Positions 38,862-49,474 are shown, counted from the stretch's first letter. The stretch is DNA of 64,000 nt from an uncultured Chloroflexia bacterium (GCA_963748625.1 CAVVJT010000007.1:1152001-1216000); one strand, 5' to 3'. Made by a program: numbers and translations. The notes: generated from the letters alone by a model not told the origin.

Positions 38862-40334
38862 CTAGCTGATCGCCGCGGCGGCGGTCCCGACGATCGTGAG
38901 GAGGATCTCCGGGAAGAGGCCGAACACGATCGTGAGCACCGTGGCAACCGTCAGGCCGGCCCAGACCAGCCGACCGTGGCGCATGACCACCGGTTCGCCC
39001 TCCGCGTCGCGCATCCACATGTAGACCACGACACGAAGGTAGTAGAACGCGGCAACCGCGGCATTGAGCATCGTCACCACGGCGAGGACGGTCATCCAGC
39101 CGCCGGCGTTGACCGCGGCCAGGATCACGTAGAACTTGCCGAAGAAGCCGGCCGTCGGCGGGATGCCGGTGAGGCTCAGCAGGAACAAGGTCATCAGGAT
39201 CGCGAGCTTGGGCTCGCGGCGGATGAGGCCGGCGAACGTCGAGAGGTTGGAGGTCACACCCTGGCGGCGCTGGATGGCCGCGATGACCGCGAAGGCGCCC
39301 AGGTTCATGAACGCGTACGCCGCGCCGTAGAACAGCAGCCCCTCCAGGCCCAGGATCTCGCCCTGTGCGAACGCCGCCAGGCCCACGAGCATGTAGCCGG
39401 TGTGCGCGATGGACGAGTACGCCAGCATGCGCTTGACGTTGTCCTGCGTGAGCGCGACCAGGTTGCCCAGGGTCATCGTGAGGACCGCGAGCACCATGAC
39501 GACGGCACTCCAGTAGTCGGCGGAGAGCGGCCCGAGGGCCTCGCCGAACAGGCGGAGGATCAGGGCGAAGGCACCCACCTTCGGGCCGACCGACAGGTAG
39601 CCGGTGACCGGCGTCGGGGAGCCCTGGTACGCGTCGGGCGTCCAGTAGTGGAACGGGACGGCCGCGATCTTGAACGCGACACCCGTCATCAGGAAGGCAA
39701 GCCCGAGGCCCAGGCCCGGTGTCATGGCGACGGCGCCGCTGGCCATCTGGGTCATGACGGCCGCGACGCCCGAGATGCTCGTGGTGCCCGTGAGACCCCA
39801 GACGAACGCGAGGCCGAACAGGAAGATCGCGGACGAGAAGGAGCCCAGGAGGAAGTACTTGATCGCACCCTCGGTGCTGTAGCCGTCGGTCTTGTGGTAC
39901 CCCGCGAGGATGTAGCCCGGCAGGACCATGAGCTCGAGGCCCAGGAACAGCACCAGCAGGTCCGCGGATGCCGCGATGAGCATCGCGCCCGACATTGCGA
40001 ACGCGAGAATCGCAGCGAACTCGGGCACCGGCAGGCCCCGTGCCTCGAGGTAGTCCGGCGCGAACATCATCGTGAGCGCGACGATCGCGATGAACAGGAT
40101 GTCCAGGAAGGTCGTCAGCGGGTCGACGATGTAGACCCCGTTGAAGGCCGTGGAAGTGGCGCCGTCTGCGCCGACCATCAGGGTCAGGGCCGCGGTCAGC
40201 CCCAGGCCCAGGAACGTGGTCAGCAGCGCCGGGACCTTGCGGCCCGGGAAGATGAAGTCGACGATCAGGACCGCCGCCGCGACGAGGACCGCCGCGATGA
40301 AGGGCGCGATGACGATGACGTCGGAGAAGCTCAC
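38862..40334 (-). CDS. nuoN: NADH-quinone oxidoreductase subunit N
   Basis: EGAIKYFLLGS, FKIAAVPFHYWTPDAYQGSP, KRMLAYSSIAHTGY, GIPPTAGFFGK. Confidence 0.96.
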   Translation of the reverse strand: MSFSDVIVIAPFIAAVLVAAAVLIVDFIFPGRKVPALLTTFLGLGLTAALTLMVGADGATSTAFNGVYIVDPLTTFLDILFIAIVALTMMFAPDYLEARGLPVPEFAAILAFAMSGAMLIAASADLLVLFLGLELMVLPGYILAGYHKTDGYSTEGAIKYFLLGSFSSAIFLFGLAFVWGLTGTTSISGVAAVMTQMASGAVAMTPGLGLGLAFLMTGVAFKIAAVPFHYWTPDAYQGSPTPVTGYLSVGPKVGAFALILRLFGEALGPLSADYWSAVVMVLAVLTMTLGNLVALTQDNVKRMLAYSSIAHTGYMLVGLAAFAQGEILGLEGLLFYGAAYAFMNLGAFAVIAAIQRRQGVTSNLSTFAGLIRREPKLAILMTLFLLSLTGIPPTAGFFGKFYVILAAVNAGGWMTVLAVVTMLNAAVAAFYYLRVVVYMWMRDAEGEPVVMRHGRLVWAGLTVATVLTIVFGLFPEILLTIVGTAAAAIS

Positions 40335-40344
40335 CGTGGTCCTC

Positions 40345-41895
40345 CTACCGCCACAGGGACTGGGCGACGGGGGCGGCCTGTTGGACGAATTCGAGCGTCG
40401 TCTCGACCGAGCCTTGGATCAAGTCCAGGATGAGACCCGGCCAGAGGCCGAAGATCACGACGAGGGCTCCGAGCGGGACCAGGGTCAACGCCTCGACCGG
40501 CCGCATGTCGGTGAGGTGGGACCCCAAGCCCTTGAGGAAGTCCGATAGTTCGCCGAATGCCACGCGCTGGAACATCCAGAGCAGGTAGCCCGCGGCGAAG
40601 ATCATCACGAAGGTGGCAATCAGAGCCGCCAACTGGTTGGCCTCGAAGGTGCCGACCAGGGTCAGGAACTCGCCGACGAACCCGGACAGGCCCGGCAGGC
40701 CGACCGAGGCGAAGACGAAGAACCCGAACGCCGCGGCGAACACTGGGGTCTTCGACCCGAGGCCACCCATCTTGGCGATGGTGCGGTCATGCGTGCGCTC
40801 GTAGATCACGCCCACGAGGAGGAACAGGGCGCCGGTGATGAGACCGTGGTTGACCATCTGCAGGATCGCGCCCTGGAGGCCCTGTTCCGTGAAGACGAAG
40901 ATGCCCAGCGTCACGAAGCCCATGTGGGACACGGACGAGTAGGCGACCAGCTTCTTGAGGTCCGGCTGGACCAGTGCCACGATCGCGCCGTAGATGATGC
41001 CGATCAGCGAGAGGACGATGATGACCGGCGCCCAGCTGTGGGCGGCCTCGGGGAACAGCGGCAGCGCGAAGCGGATGAAGCCGTAGCCGCCCAGCTTGAG
41101 CAGGACACCGGCCAGGATCACCGAGCCCGCCGTGGGCGCCTCGACGTGGGCGTCGGGCAGCCAGGTGTGGAACGGGAACATCGGGACCTTGATCGCGAAG
41201 GCGAGGAAGAACGCGCCGAAGGCGACCAGGCCGAAGGTGCCGCCGAAGGCGCCGGTCTGTGCGAACGAGGTCAGGTTGGTGACGCTGAAGGCGCCGTCCC
41301 AGGTCCCCGTCGTCGCCTGGTAGGTGTAGGCGCAGGCCAGGATCGCGACCAGCATCAGCAGCGAGCCGACGAGGGTGTACAGGACGAACTTGATCGTGGC
41401 GTAGATGCGGTTCTTGCCGCCCCAGATGCCGATGAGCAGGTACATCGGGACCAGGACCAGCTCCCAGAAGATGTAGAACAGGAACAGGTCCAGGGCGACG
41501 AACACGCCGATCATGCCCACCTCGAGGACCAGGAAGGAGACCATGTACTCCTTGACCCGGTTCTGGATGGGACCGAACGACGCAAGGATGCTGATCCAGG
41601 TGAGGGTCGTCGTCAGGACGACGAGCACGATCGACAGCCCGTCAACGCCCACGGCGTAGTTGATCCCGAACATCGGGATCCACGGGATGCTCTCCATGAA
41701 CTGGTAGCCGGGTGTGCCCGCCACGAAGGCGGCGAGCATCAGGAGCGAGGCGACCCAGGCCGCCAGCGCGAAGCCGAGGGCCGTGTAGCGCGCTGCGTTG
41801 GGCCGGCTCGAGGGCGTGAACGCGACAACGAGCGCGCCCAGGAGCGGCAGGAACGTGACGAGGGTCACGAGCGGGAGCGAGGTCAGCGCGCTCAT
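40345..41895 (-). CDS. nuoM: NADH-quinone oxidoreductase subunit M
   Basis: FYIFWELVLVPMY, AIKVPMFPFHTWLPDAHVEAPTAGS, GLPGLSGFVGEF. Confidence 0.96.
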   Translation of the reverse strand: MSALTSLPLVTLVTFLPLLGALVVAFTPSSRPNAARYTALGFALAAWVASLLMLAAFVAGTPGYQFMESIPWIPMFGINYAVGVDGLSIVLVVLTTTLTWISILASFGPIQNRVKEYMVSFLVLEVGMIGVFVALDLFLFYIFWELVLVPMYLLIGIWGGKNRIYATIKFVLYTLVGSLLMLVAILACAYTYQATTGTWDGAFSVTNLTSFAQTGAFGGTFGLVAFGAFFLAFAIKVPMFPFHTWLPDAHVEAPTAGSVILAGVLLKLGGYGFIRFALPLFPEAAHSWAPVIIVLSLIGIIYGAIVALVQPDLKKLVAYSSVSHMGFVTLGIFVFTEQGLQGAILQMVNHGLITGALFLLVGVIYERTHDRTIAKMGGLGSKTPVFAAAFGFFVFASVGLPGLSGFVGEFLTLVGTFEANQLAALIATFVMIFAAGYLLWMFQRVAFGELSDFLKGLGSHLTDMRPVEALTLVPLGALVVIFGLWPGLILDLIQGSVETTLEFVQQAAPVAQSLWR

Positions 41896-43952
41896 CGGGG
41901 CTGCCCCACGATCCACAGGAAGGAGACCGCCATCACGATCAGGCCGACCGCGATGCCCAGGGCGTAGTTCTGCACCCGCCCCGTCTGGATCCTCCGCAAG
42001 CCTCCGCCTGCGTCCCTGGTCACGCTGCCCACGCCGTTGACGGTGCCGTCCACGATCGCGCGGTCGAACCACCAGAGGAACGCGGCGACGCGGCCGCCGA
42101 TCCGGATGAAGAGCAGGTCATTGAGCTCGTCGAACCACCACTTGTTGAGGGAGGCGCGGTAGAGGAAGCGGGTGCCGCTGTTGCGGGCCACGATCGCGTC
42201 GACCTTCGCCTGCTTCACTGGCCGCTTGAAGATGCCGAACAGGTAGATGCCGACGGAGATGCCGAGGGCCGCCGCGGCGACCGAGATCAGCACGAGAACG
42301 CCGTCGATGCCCATCAGCGCGAACGCCTCGGGCGTGCCGTGGAGGTACTCCTCGGCCTCGTGGAACACCGGCTCGAGCCAGCCGACGATCGTGCTCTCCT
42401 GGCCCAGGAACAGCGCGCCGCCGAGGACCAGGCCCAGGAGCATCGAGGGGATGGCGAGCAGGATCAGCGGGACGGTCATCCACTTGCTGCTCTCATGGAT
42501 GTGCGGTTCGACCGCCGGATCCACGCGGGACTCGCCGTAGAAGGTCTTGCCCATGAGGCGCCACATGTAGAACGCGGTCATGACCGCGACCGTCACGCCG
42601 ATGGCCCAGACCCACTGGAAGCCGAACTTGAACGCCTCGCCCAGGATCTCGTCCTTCGAGAAGAAGCCCGCGAAGGGCGGGATGCCGGCGATCGCGATCG
42701 TGCCGATCAGCATCGTCCAGTGGGTGATCGGGATCTTCCTCCACAGGCCGCCCATCCGGTTCATGTCCTGCTCGTCGTGGACCGCGTGGATCACGGAGCC
42801 GGACCCGAGGAACAGCAGGCCCTTGAAGAAGCCATGGGTCATCAGGTGGAAGATCGCCGGGATGAACGCGCCCACGCCGAGCCCGGAGAACATCAGGCCC
42901 AGCTGGGACAGCGTGGAGTACGCGAGCACGCGCTTGATGTCCGTCTGGGTGAAGGCGATCGACGCAGCGAGGATCGCGGTGAAGATGCCGATCGCGGCCA
43001 CCACCACCATGGCGTCCTGCGCGTGGGCGAACAGCAGGTTGGAGCGGGCGACGAGATAGACGCCCGCGTTGACCATCGTTGCGGCGTGGATCAGGGCAGA
43101 GACCGGGGTGGGACCCTCCATCGCGTCCGGCAGCCAGACGTGGAGCGGGAACTGGGCCGACTTGCCCATCGCGCCCGCGAAGACCAGCAGCGCCACGATC
43201 GTGAGCGGCACCACGTTCTCCGCGCCCGTCTCGGTCATGAGCTTGATGCTGTCCTGGATGTTCAGCGTGCCGGTGTTCACGAAGATCGCCATGATCCCAA
43301 GCGCGAACCCGACGTCACCGACGCGGTTGACGATGAAGGCTTTCTTCGCGGCAAGGGCCGCAGACCGCTTGTGGTACCAGAACCCGATCAGGGAGTAGCT
43401 CGACAGGCCCACCAGCTCCCAGCCCGCGAAGACCAGCACCCAGTTGTTGGCCAGGGTGAGCACGAGCATCGAGAACATGAACAGGTTCAGGTAGGCGAAG
43501 AAGCGCCAGGCCGCCTTGTCGTGCGCCATGTACCCGACCGAGTAGATGTGCACGAGCATGCCGATCGTGGTGACCACGATCAGGAGGGCGGCGGTGAGGG
43601 CGTCGACATGGAAGCCGAGCTCGACCTGGAACGAGCCCGCCGGGATCCATGTCCAGAGCATCACGTCGAGACCCTGCTCGCCGAAGGGCTCCATGTGGTT
43701 CAGGGCGGGCCAGACCACGGCCATCGTGATCAGCCACACGGCGATCACGACCAGGACCGGGACGGCCTCAGCCGCGCCGCGCCCCCACTTCGCCTGCAGC
43801 CGGCGCCCGAACAGCGCGGTGAAGGCGAAGCCGAGGATCGGCAGCAGCGCGATGAGCGGGATCAGGATCCCGTAGATGCCGGGATCGGCGGATGCGCCGC
43901 CTTCGACGGCGGTCTCCGTGGAGGCGAGGATGAGGCTCGGGAGGAAGTGCAT
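41892..43952 (-). CDS. nuoL: NADH-quinone oxidoreductase subunit L
   Basis: KAFIVNRVGD, GKSAQFPLHVWLPDAMEGPTPVSALIHAATMV, QTGRVQNY. Confidence 0.97.
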   Translation of the reverse strand: MHFLPSLILASTETAVEGGASADPGIYGILIPLIALLPILGFAFTALFGRRLQAKWGRGAAEAVPVLVVIAVWLITMAVVWPALNHMEPFGEQGLDVMLWTWIPAGSFQVELGFHVDALTAALLIVVTTIGMLVHIYSVGYMAHDKAAWRFFAYLNLFMFSMLVLTLANNWVLVFAGWELVGLSSYSLIGFWYHKRSAALAAKKAFIVNRVGDVGFALGIMAIFVNTGTLNIQDSIKLMTETGAENVVPLTIVALLVFAGAMGKSAQFPLHVWLPDAMEGPTPVSALIHAATMVNAGVYLVARSNLLFAHAQDAMVVVAAIGIFTAILAASIAFTQTDIKRVLAYSTLSQLGLMFSGLGVGAFIPAIFHLMTHGFFKGLLFLGSGSVIHAVHDEQDMNRMGGLWRKIPITHWTMLIGTIAIAGIPPFAGFFSKDEILGEAFKFGFQWVWAIGVTVAVMTAFYMWRLMGKTFYGESRVDPAVEPHIHESSKWMTVPLILLAIPSMLLGLVLGGALFLGQESTIVGWLEPVFHEAEEYLHGTPEAFALMGIDGVLVLISVAAAALGISVGIYLFGIFKRPVKQAKVDAIVARNSGTRFLYRASLNKWWFDELNDLLFIRIGGRVAAFLWWFDRAIVDGTVNGVGSVTRDAGGGLRRIQTGRVQNYALGIAVGLIVMAVSFLWIVGQPR

Positions 43953-43964
43953 CTCGATCCCCGC

Positions 43965-44297
43965 CTACTGCCGCATCGCGTCGTACTCGTCGACGAGCGG
44001 CGTCTTCTTGTTGCGGTAGATCGCGATCACGATGGCCAGGCCCACCGTCGCCTCGGCGGCTGCGGCCGCCATCACGACGAGGGCGATGACCGAGGCGTCC
44101 ACGTTCAGCGACAGGCTGAAGGCGCCGAAGGCGATGATCGCGAGGTTGACGGCGTTGAGCATCAGCTCGATCGACATCAGCATGCTGATCGCGTTGCGCC
44201 GCGCCAGGAAGCCGAAGGTGCCGATCGCGAACAGGAGGCCCGCGAGGACCAGGTACGCGTCGAGGCTCTGGCTGATCCCGTCGAGGAAGGAGAGCAT
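43965..44297 (-). CDS. nuoK: NADH-quinone oxidoreductase subunit K
   Basis: RRNAISMLMSIELMLNAVN, AAAEATVGLAI. Confidence 0.96.
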   Translation of the reverse strand: MLSFLDGISQSLDAYLVLAGLLFAIGTFGFLARRNAISMLMSIELMLNAVNLAIIAFGAFSLSLNVDASVIALVVMAAAAAEATVGLAIVIAIYRNKKTPLVDEYDAMRQ

Positions 44298-44833
44298 CAG
44301 TCGGTGCCCCCCTTCTCGCGCTTGGCGATGAAGATCCCGCCGATCACGGCCGAGAGGAGCAGGACGCTCACGACCTCGAACGGGAGGACGTAGCCGTCGA
44401 AGAGGCGGGTCGCGAGCTCCACGGTGTTCGTCCAGATCCGGGCGCCGGACTCCGGCCACTCGGTGGAGGCGACCACCACCGCGATGAGGATCGCGAGCAC
44501 CGCGGATGCGATCGCGGCCGGGAACCACTGGGTCTGGAAGACCAGCTCCCTGGGGCCGGCCTTGGACTGGGTCAGCATGATCGCGAACAGGACCAGCACG
44601 CTGATGGCGCCGATGTAGACGAGCACCTGCGTCGCGGCCACCACGGGGGCCCCCGCCAGCACGTAGAGCCCGGCCAGCGCGGCGAAGCAGATGATCATCG
44701 CCAGGCCGCAGCGGATGATGTCGCGCATGGCGACAACCAGGATGGCCGAGCCGACCATGATGGCCGCCAAGGTCATGAACAGGAGGTCATCCCAAGCGAA
44801 CCCCAGCAGCGGGATCGTCTCCGGCAGCGTCAC
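44297..44833 (-). CDS. nuoJ: NADH-quinone oxidoreductase subunit J
   Basis: QVLVYIGAISVLVLFAIML, YVLPFEVVSVLLL. Confidence 0.95.
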   Translation of the reverse strand: MTLPETIPLLGFAWDDLLFMTLAAIMVGSAILVVAMRDIIRCGLAMIICFAALAGLYVLAGAPVVAATQVLVYIGAISVLVLFAIMLTQSKAGPRELVFQTQWFPAAIASAVLAILIAVVVASTEWPESGARIWTNTVELATRLFDGYVLPFEVVSVLLLSAVIGGIFIAKREKGGTD

Positions 44834-44842
44834 GCGTCCCTC

Positions 44843-47471
44843 TCAGCGTTCGTGGGCGTGGCTCGACCCGTTGCCGGAGTCGTGGCCATTGCCGTTCCCG
44901 AGCGAGGCAGGCAGGACGGGGAGCAGCCGGGCCTGGTCGATGGTTCGACCCTCGGCCCGGGCACGCTCGGCCCAGTCGCGCTCGCGGCGGATGTAGCTCA
45001 TCTCTGTCTCGCGCTCCACCGAGGCCAGGGCGAGCAGGTCGATCATCGGCTCCTCGCGGCTGACGTGGGCAAGCTCGAACTGGTCCGAATCGCGGACGGC
45101 GTCGTACGGGCAGGCGTCGACGCAGATGCCGCACAGGATGCAGCGGCTCTCGTCGACGTCGTACTTCTGCAGCACCCGGGGCTTGGGCATCAGCGCCCCC
45201 GTGGGGCACGTCTCGGCACAGCGGCCGCAGGACACGCACGGCGTGTCGTTGAGGCTCATGTCGAGCGGCGTCGTCACCAGGGTGTCGAAGCCGATCCGCA
45301 TGAAGTCGTAGCAGGCGGCGCCCACCACCTCTGCGCAGACGTTGGCGCAGCGGCCGCAGTCGATGCAGCGCGAGGGCTCGCGGAGGATGAAGGCGTGGGA
45401 GTCGTCGCGGACGTAGTCGTGGTTGACGCCGGTGAAGCGGTTCTCGGTGACCGAGCGGTACCCGGCGCCCTGGTGGTAGCCCTTCTCCAGGGACTTGAGC
45501 GTGGTCCCGTACTCGATGCCCAGGCGGCGCAGGTCGCAGAAGCCAATCGCCTCGCAGGTGCACTGCAGGCAGCGGGTGGACTCCTTGATGGCCTCGTCGC
45601 GGGTGTACGGAATCTCGTACTCGACGTACGTGGTCTTGACCTCTTCGAGGTCCAGGGCCTTGAGGCGGTAGCGCGGCTCCTTCGGCTCGCCGGTGAACGG
45701 CACGATCGAGAGGAACTCCGGCTGCGGCTCGGCCAGCGTCTGGCGGGTCCGGATGGCGGCGAGGTCGTTGCCCTTGAGGTAGGCGTCCACCGCGTAGGCG
45801 GCACGCCGACCCTCGGCGATGGCCTGGACCACGGTCGCGGCGCCGATTCGCACGTCGCCGGCGCCGAAGACGCCGGGGCGGCCGGTCTCGAAGGTGACCG
45901 CGTCGGCCTGGAGCCGGCGGTTCTTCGTGGCCGCGATCCCGCCGGACCCGTTGCCGAGCCAGCGCAGGTCGGGGCCCTGGCCGATCGCGAGCATGACGCG
46001 GTCGCAGGGGATGGTGAACTCGGTGCCGGCGGCGGGCTCGGGGCGGCGGCGACCGGACGCGTCGGGCTCGCCCAGCTGCATCCGGATGAACTCGATGCCC
46101 TCCACCTTGCCGCTCTCGCCCACGATCACGCGGGTGGGGCCGGCCTGGAAGATGGCGACGACGCCCTCATCGAGCGCCTCGTGGACCTCGGAGGCCGCCG
46201 GCATGTCCTTCATGTCGCGCCGGTAGACCAGCGTGACCTCGGGGCTGCCCTGGCGGATGGAGGTGCGCACGGTGTCCATCGCGGAGAAGCCACCGCCGAC
46301 CACCACGACGCGGGCCTTGTCATGGCCCGGGTACGGGAGGCCCAGGGTGGCGGTGCGCAGGTAGTCGAGGGCGTCGATGACGCCGTCCGCGTCCTCGCCC
46401 GGGATGCCGAGCTTGTTCGTGTCGTAGCAGCCGATGGCGACCACGACCGCGTCGAAGCCCTGGTGCTGCAGGTCCTCGACCGTGAAGTCCTTGCCCAGCT
46501 CCTGGTTGCAGCGCATCTTCCCACCGAGGCGGGTGACGGACTCGTACTCAGCCTCGAGGACCTCGACCTTGGGCAGGCGGTACTGCGGGATGCCGTACCG
46601 GAGCATGCCGCCCGGCGCAGGGTCACGCTCGAAGACGGTCACTTCGTGGCCCGAGAGCAGGAGGTAGAAGGCGGCCGACATGCCGGCGGGTCCGGAGCCG
46701 ATGACGGCGGCGCGGCGGCCGGACGGGGCCTGCTTCTCGAAGGGGAGCGGGGGATCGACGTTCTCGTCGTGCATGGCGCGCAGGACCTGGTCGCCGGCGT
46801 ACCGGTGGCTGTCGCGGATCGCGATCGCCTCGTCGACCTCGTCGCGCCGGCAGTGCTCCTCGCACGGGGCGGGACAGACGCGGCCGAGCACGCTGGGGAA
46901 CGGGATGGTGCGCTTGAAGATCCGCACCGACTCGCGCCAGTTCGCCTCGGCGTTCGCCTTGAGGAAGCCCGGGATGTCGATGTGGCTGGGGCACTTGTTC
47001 TGGCAGGGCGGCAGGCAGTACGCGTTGTGGTCCGAGAAGATCAGCTCGAGGTTGGTCTTGCGGATCCGGCGCAGCTCGTCGGTCTGGGTCTGGACCTTCA
47101 TCTCGGGCTCGGCCAGGCGCGAGCAGGAGATCGGCGGCTGGTCCTCGCCCTCCACCTCGACCACGCACATCCGGCAGGCACCGAAGCCCGGCAGCTTGGG
47201 CTCGTAGCAGAGGGTGGGGATCTCGATGCCGTTGTCACGGCAGACCTCGAGGATCGTCTGGCCCTCGAAGCCCTCGATCAGGCGGCCGTCCACCTCGAGG
47301 CGGATGCGCGGCGTGCTCTGGGGCCGCTGCGGGCTCTGCGTGGTGATGAACCGCTCCGCGAGGGAGTCCTCGCTGCGGCGTGATGGTGTCCAGGGTGGCC
47401 GGCTGGTCGGGCCGGACCTCCTTGTTGCGGGTCGCGGGGACGTCCTGGGGACGAACGATGAGGTCGGCCAT
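44843..47471 (-). CDS. Fusion: NuoG-like FeS N-terminus, GltD/NfnB-like FAD/NADPH oxidoreductase, 2x4Fe-4S domain, NuoI C-terminal half; frameshift at about 47375
   Basis: IPTLC..GACRMC..ISC (2Fe-2S); PCQNKCP, GRVCPAPCEEHC; GSGPAG; GGGFSAMD..VYRR; RCLQCTC; CIDCGRCANVC; CVSCGRCAETCP; YDVDESRCILCGICVDACPYDAV..FELA; TGATG-coupled to nuoF. Confidence 0.88.
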
Positions 47472-48809
47472 CAGCGGGCTCCTGCTGCCGTCGCACCGGC
47501 GCCCATCGCGATCGGCGTACAGACGCCGGCCGGGCAGGTGGAGCGAACAAGGTGGTCGTCGAGCTCGGAGCGGAAGTGGCGCATGGCGCTGGTGAACGCC
47601 AGGGTGGCCTTGCGCTCGTGGTCGCAGAGCGCGGAGGCCGAGATGTCGTGGGCGAGGTCCTCGAGCAGGACCGCGTCGTTGGCGCGCGGGGTGCCCGCCG
47701 CGATCCGGTCGCCGATCTCCGAGAGACGGCGCAGGCCGATGCGGCACGGGATGCTCTTCCCGCAGGCGTTGTCGGCGGAGAAGCGGGTCAGGAGCCGGGC
47801 GAGGTCGACGACACAGGCCCGGTCGTCCGCGATCACCACGGAGCCGGAGCCGACGTGCGCGCCGGCGGCCTCGAGCGAGGCGTAGTCGTAGGGGGTGTCC
47901 AGGAGGTCGGCCGGGAGGAGCCCGCCCGTGGAGCCGCCGACCAGGACCGCCTTGAGCGGGCGCCCGCCGGTGCCGCCCGGCAGCGGCCACGAGGTCACGT
48001 AGCGGGGTGCCCAGGGCCACCTCGACGATGCCGCCGCCCTGCGGGCCACGGACCGCGACGAGCGTGGTGCCCGGCGAGCCAGGGATGCCGATGGCCGAGT
48101 ACGCCTCACCGCCCAGCCGCACGATCCAGGGGACCGCGGCGAGCGTGAGGATGTTGTGGACAAGGGTGGGCTTGTCGAACAGGCCGCGCTCGGTGGGGTA
48201 GGGCGGCTTCTGCTCGGGCTGGCCGCGCTTGCCCTCGAGGGCCTTGAGCAGGACCGTCTCCTCGCCCAGCATGTAGGCCCCCTGGAGGCCGCGGACCGTC
48301 ACGTTGACCGTGTGCCCGGAACCCAGGATGTCCTCGCCCAGGAGGTTCGCCTCCTCGGCCGCCTGGACCGCGCCCTCGAGCATGGCCACAAGCCCCGCGT
48401 CCTCGCCGCGGACGACGAGGATCGCCTCCGTGGCGCCGACGGCGTAGGCCGCGATCACGAGGCCCTCGATGACGAGGTACGGGTCGGCGGTGAGCAGCGC
48501 CTGGTCGATGCGGACCGACGGGTCGGCGCCGTAGCCGTTGGCGACCACGTAGCGCTGGACGGGGCCGGACTCGGCGACCGCGCGCCACTTGTCGGCGGCG
48601 GGGTAGCCGGCGCCGCCGCGGCCGCGCAGCCCGGCGGCCCGGATGGTCGCCATCGTGGTGGTGCCGCCATCGCGGACGGCCTTGCGCAGGCCCTCGAACG
48701 CGCCCGCCTTGACGGCGGCGTCCAGGTCGGCCGGGTTGGCCTTGAGCGTCTCCATGCGGCCGGTGAGGACCGCGGGCGTGCCGGCCTTGGCGGGGAGGAA
48801 GGTGGTCAT
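47471..48809 (-). CDS. nuoF: Divergent NuoF/HydB-like subunit; frameshift at about 47977
   Basis: GLRGRGGAGYP..KW, GAYMLGEETVLL..LEGKRGQP, GSGSV, ACGKSIPCRIG, LC, CPAGVC. Confidence 0.85.
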
Positions 48810-49471
48810 CAGCTCGCCTTGCCCCCGTAGCCGAGCGACGCGTCGAGCGCCGAGCGGAAGCGGTCCTCGGCCACGACCTGCGCGGTGCCGGCCGCGGGTG
48901 CGGTCGCGACGGCCGGCGGCTCGAAGCGGAGGTGCCGGTAGTAGGTCGCGGTGCCGTAGATCATCGCGTACCAGGCGCCCGTGGCGCGGGAGATGTGCTT
49001 GAGCGCGGCCACCGGCAGGTAGCCGTACTCGGCCTGCGTCTCGTCGAGGATCGCGAGCATCTCCTTGGGGTCCCAGTCATGGGCCTCGAGGATCGCGTCG
49101 AGCGGGGCGATGTCGATGCCGTCGAAGCGGGTGTACGCCATGTCGGCAACCGGGCGGCCGGAGCGGCGCAGCGCGGACTCCTCGCGGCGCTCGCCGTAGG
49201 TCTCGGATGCGCCCCAGTGGACGTGGAACCGGCCCTTGGTGTCCACGCCGCCCATGTCGATGCACTCGATCGGACAGGCCTGGGCGCACTGGAAGCAGGT
49301 CTCGCACTTGAGCGAGCCGTACTCGTCGTACAGGAGCTGCAGGCGGCCGCGGAACTTGGGCGCGACGTCCGCCTTCTCCTCGGGCCACTTGATGGTCGCC
49401 TTCGGCTGGAAGAAGCGGCGCAGCGTCAGGCTCATGCCGCGGACGAGACCGATGCCGGGGATCGTGTTCAT
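48809..49471 (-). CDS. Fusion of NuoI N-terminal half (one CxxCxxCxxxCP) with NuoE N-terminal helical domain (no 2Fe-2S domain)
   Basis: GMSLTLRRFF..T..WPEE..FRGR..CETCFQCAQACP, then LAILDETQAEYGYLP..IYGTATYY..LRFEP. Confidence 0.88.
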   Translation of the reverse strand: MNTIPGIGLVRGMSLTLRRFFQPKATIKWPEEKADVAPKFRGRLQLLYDEYGSLKCETCFQCAQACPIECIDMGGVDTKGRFHVHWGASETYGERREESALRRSGRPVADMAYTRFDGIDIAPLDAILEAHDWDPKEMLAILDETQAEYGYLPVAALKHISRATGAWYAMIYGTATYYRHLRFEPPAVATAPAAGTAQVVAEDRFRSALDASLGYGGKAS

Positions 49472-49474
49472 CGG

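Noticed and set aside
38862-43952. 2M-type complex I (extra nuoM) as described in some Chloroflexota
   Set aside because: Only one nuoM is present, between nuoL and nuoN.
44843-47471. Formate dehydrogenase, [FeFe]-hydrogenase or glutamate synthase
   Set aside because: No molybdopterin domain, no H-cluster motifs and no gltB nearby; the gene is embedded in the nuo operon and ends in NuoI sequence.
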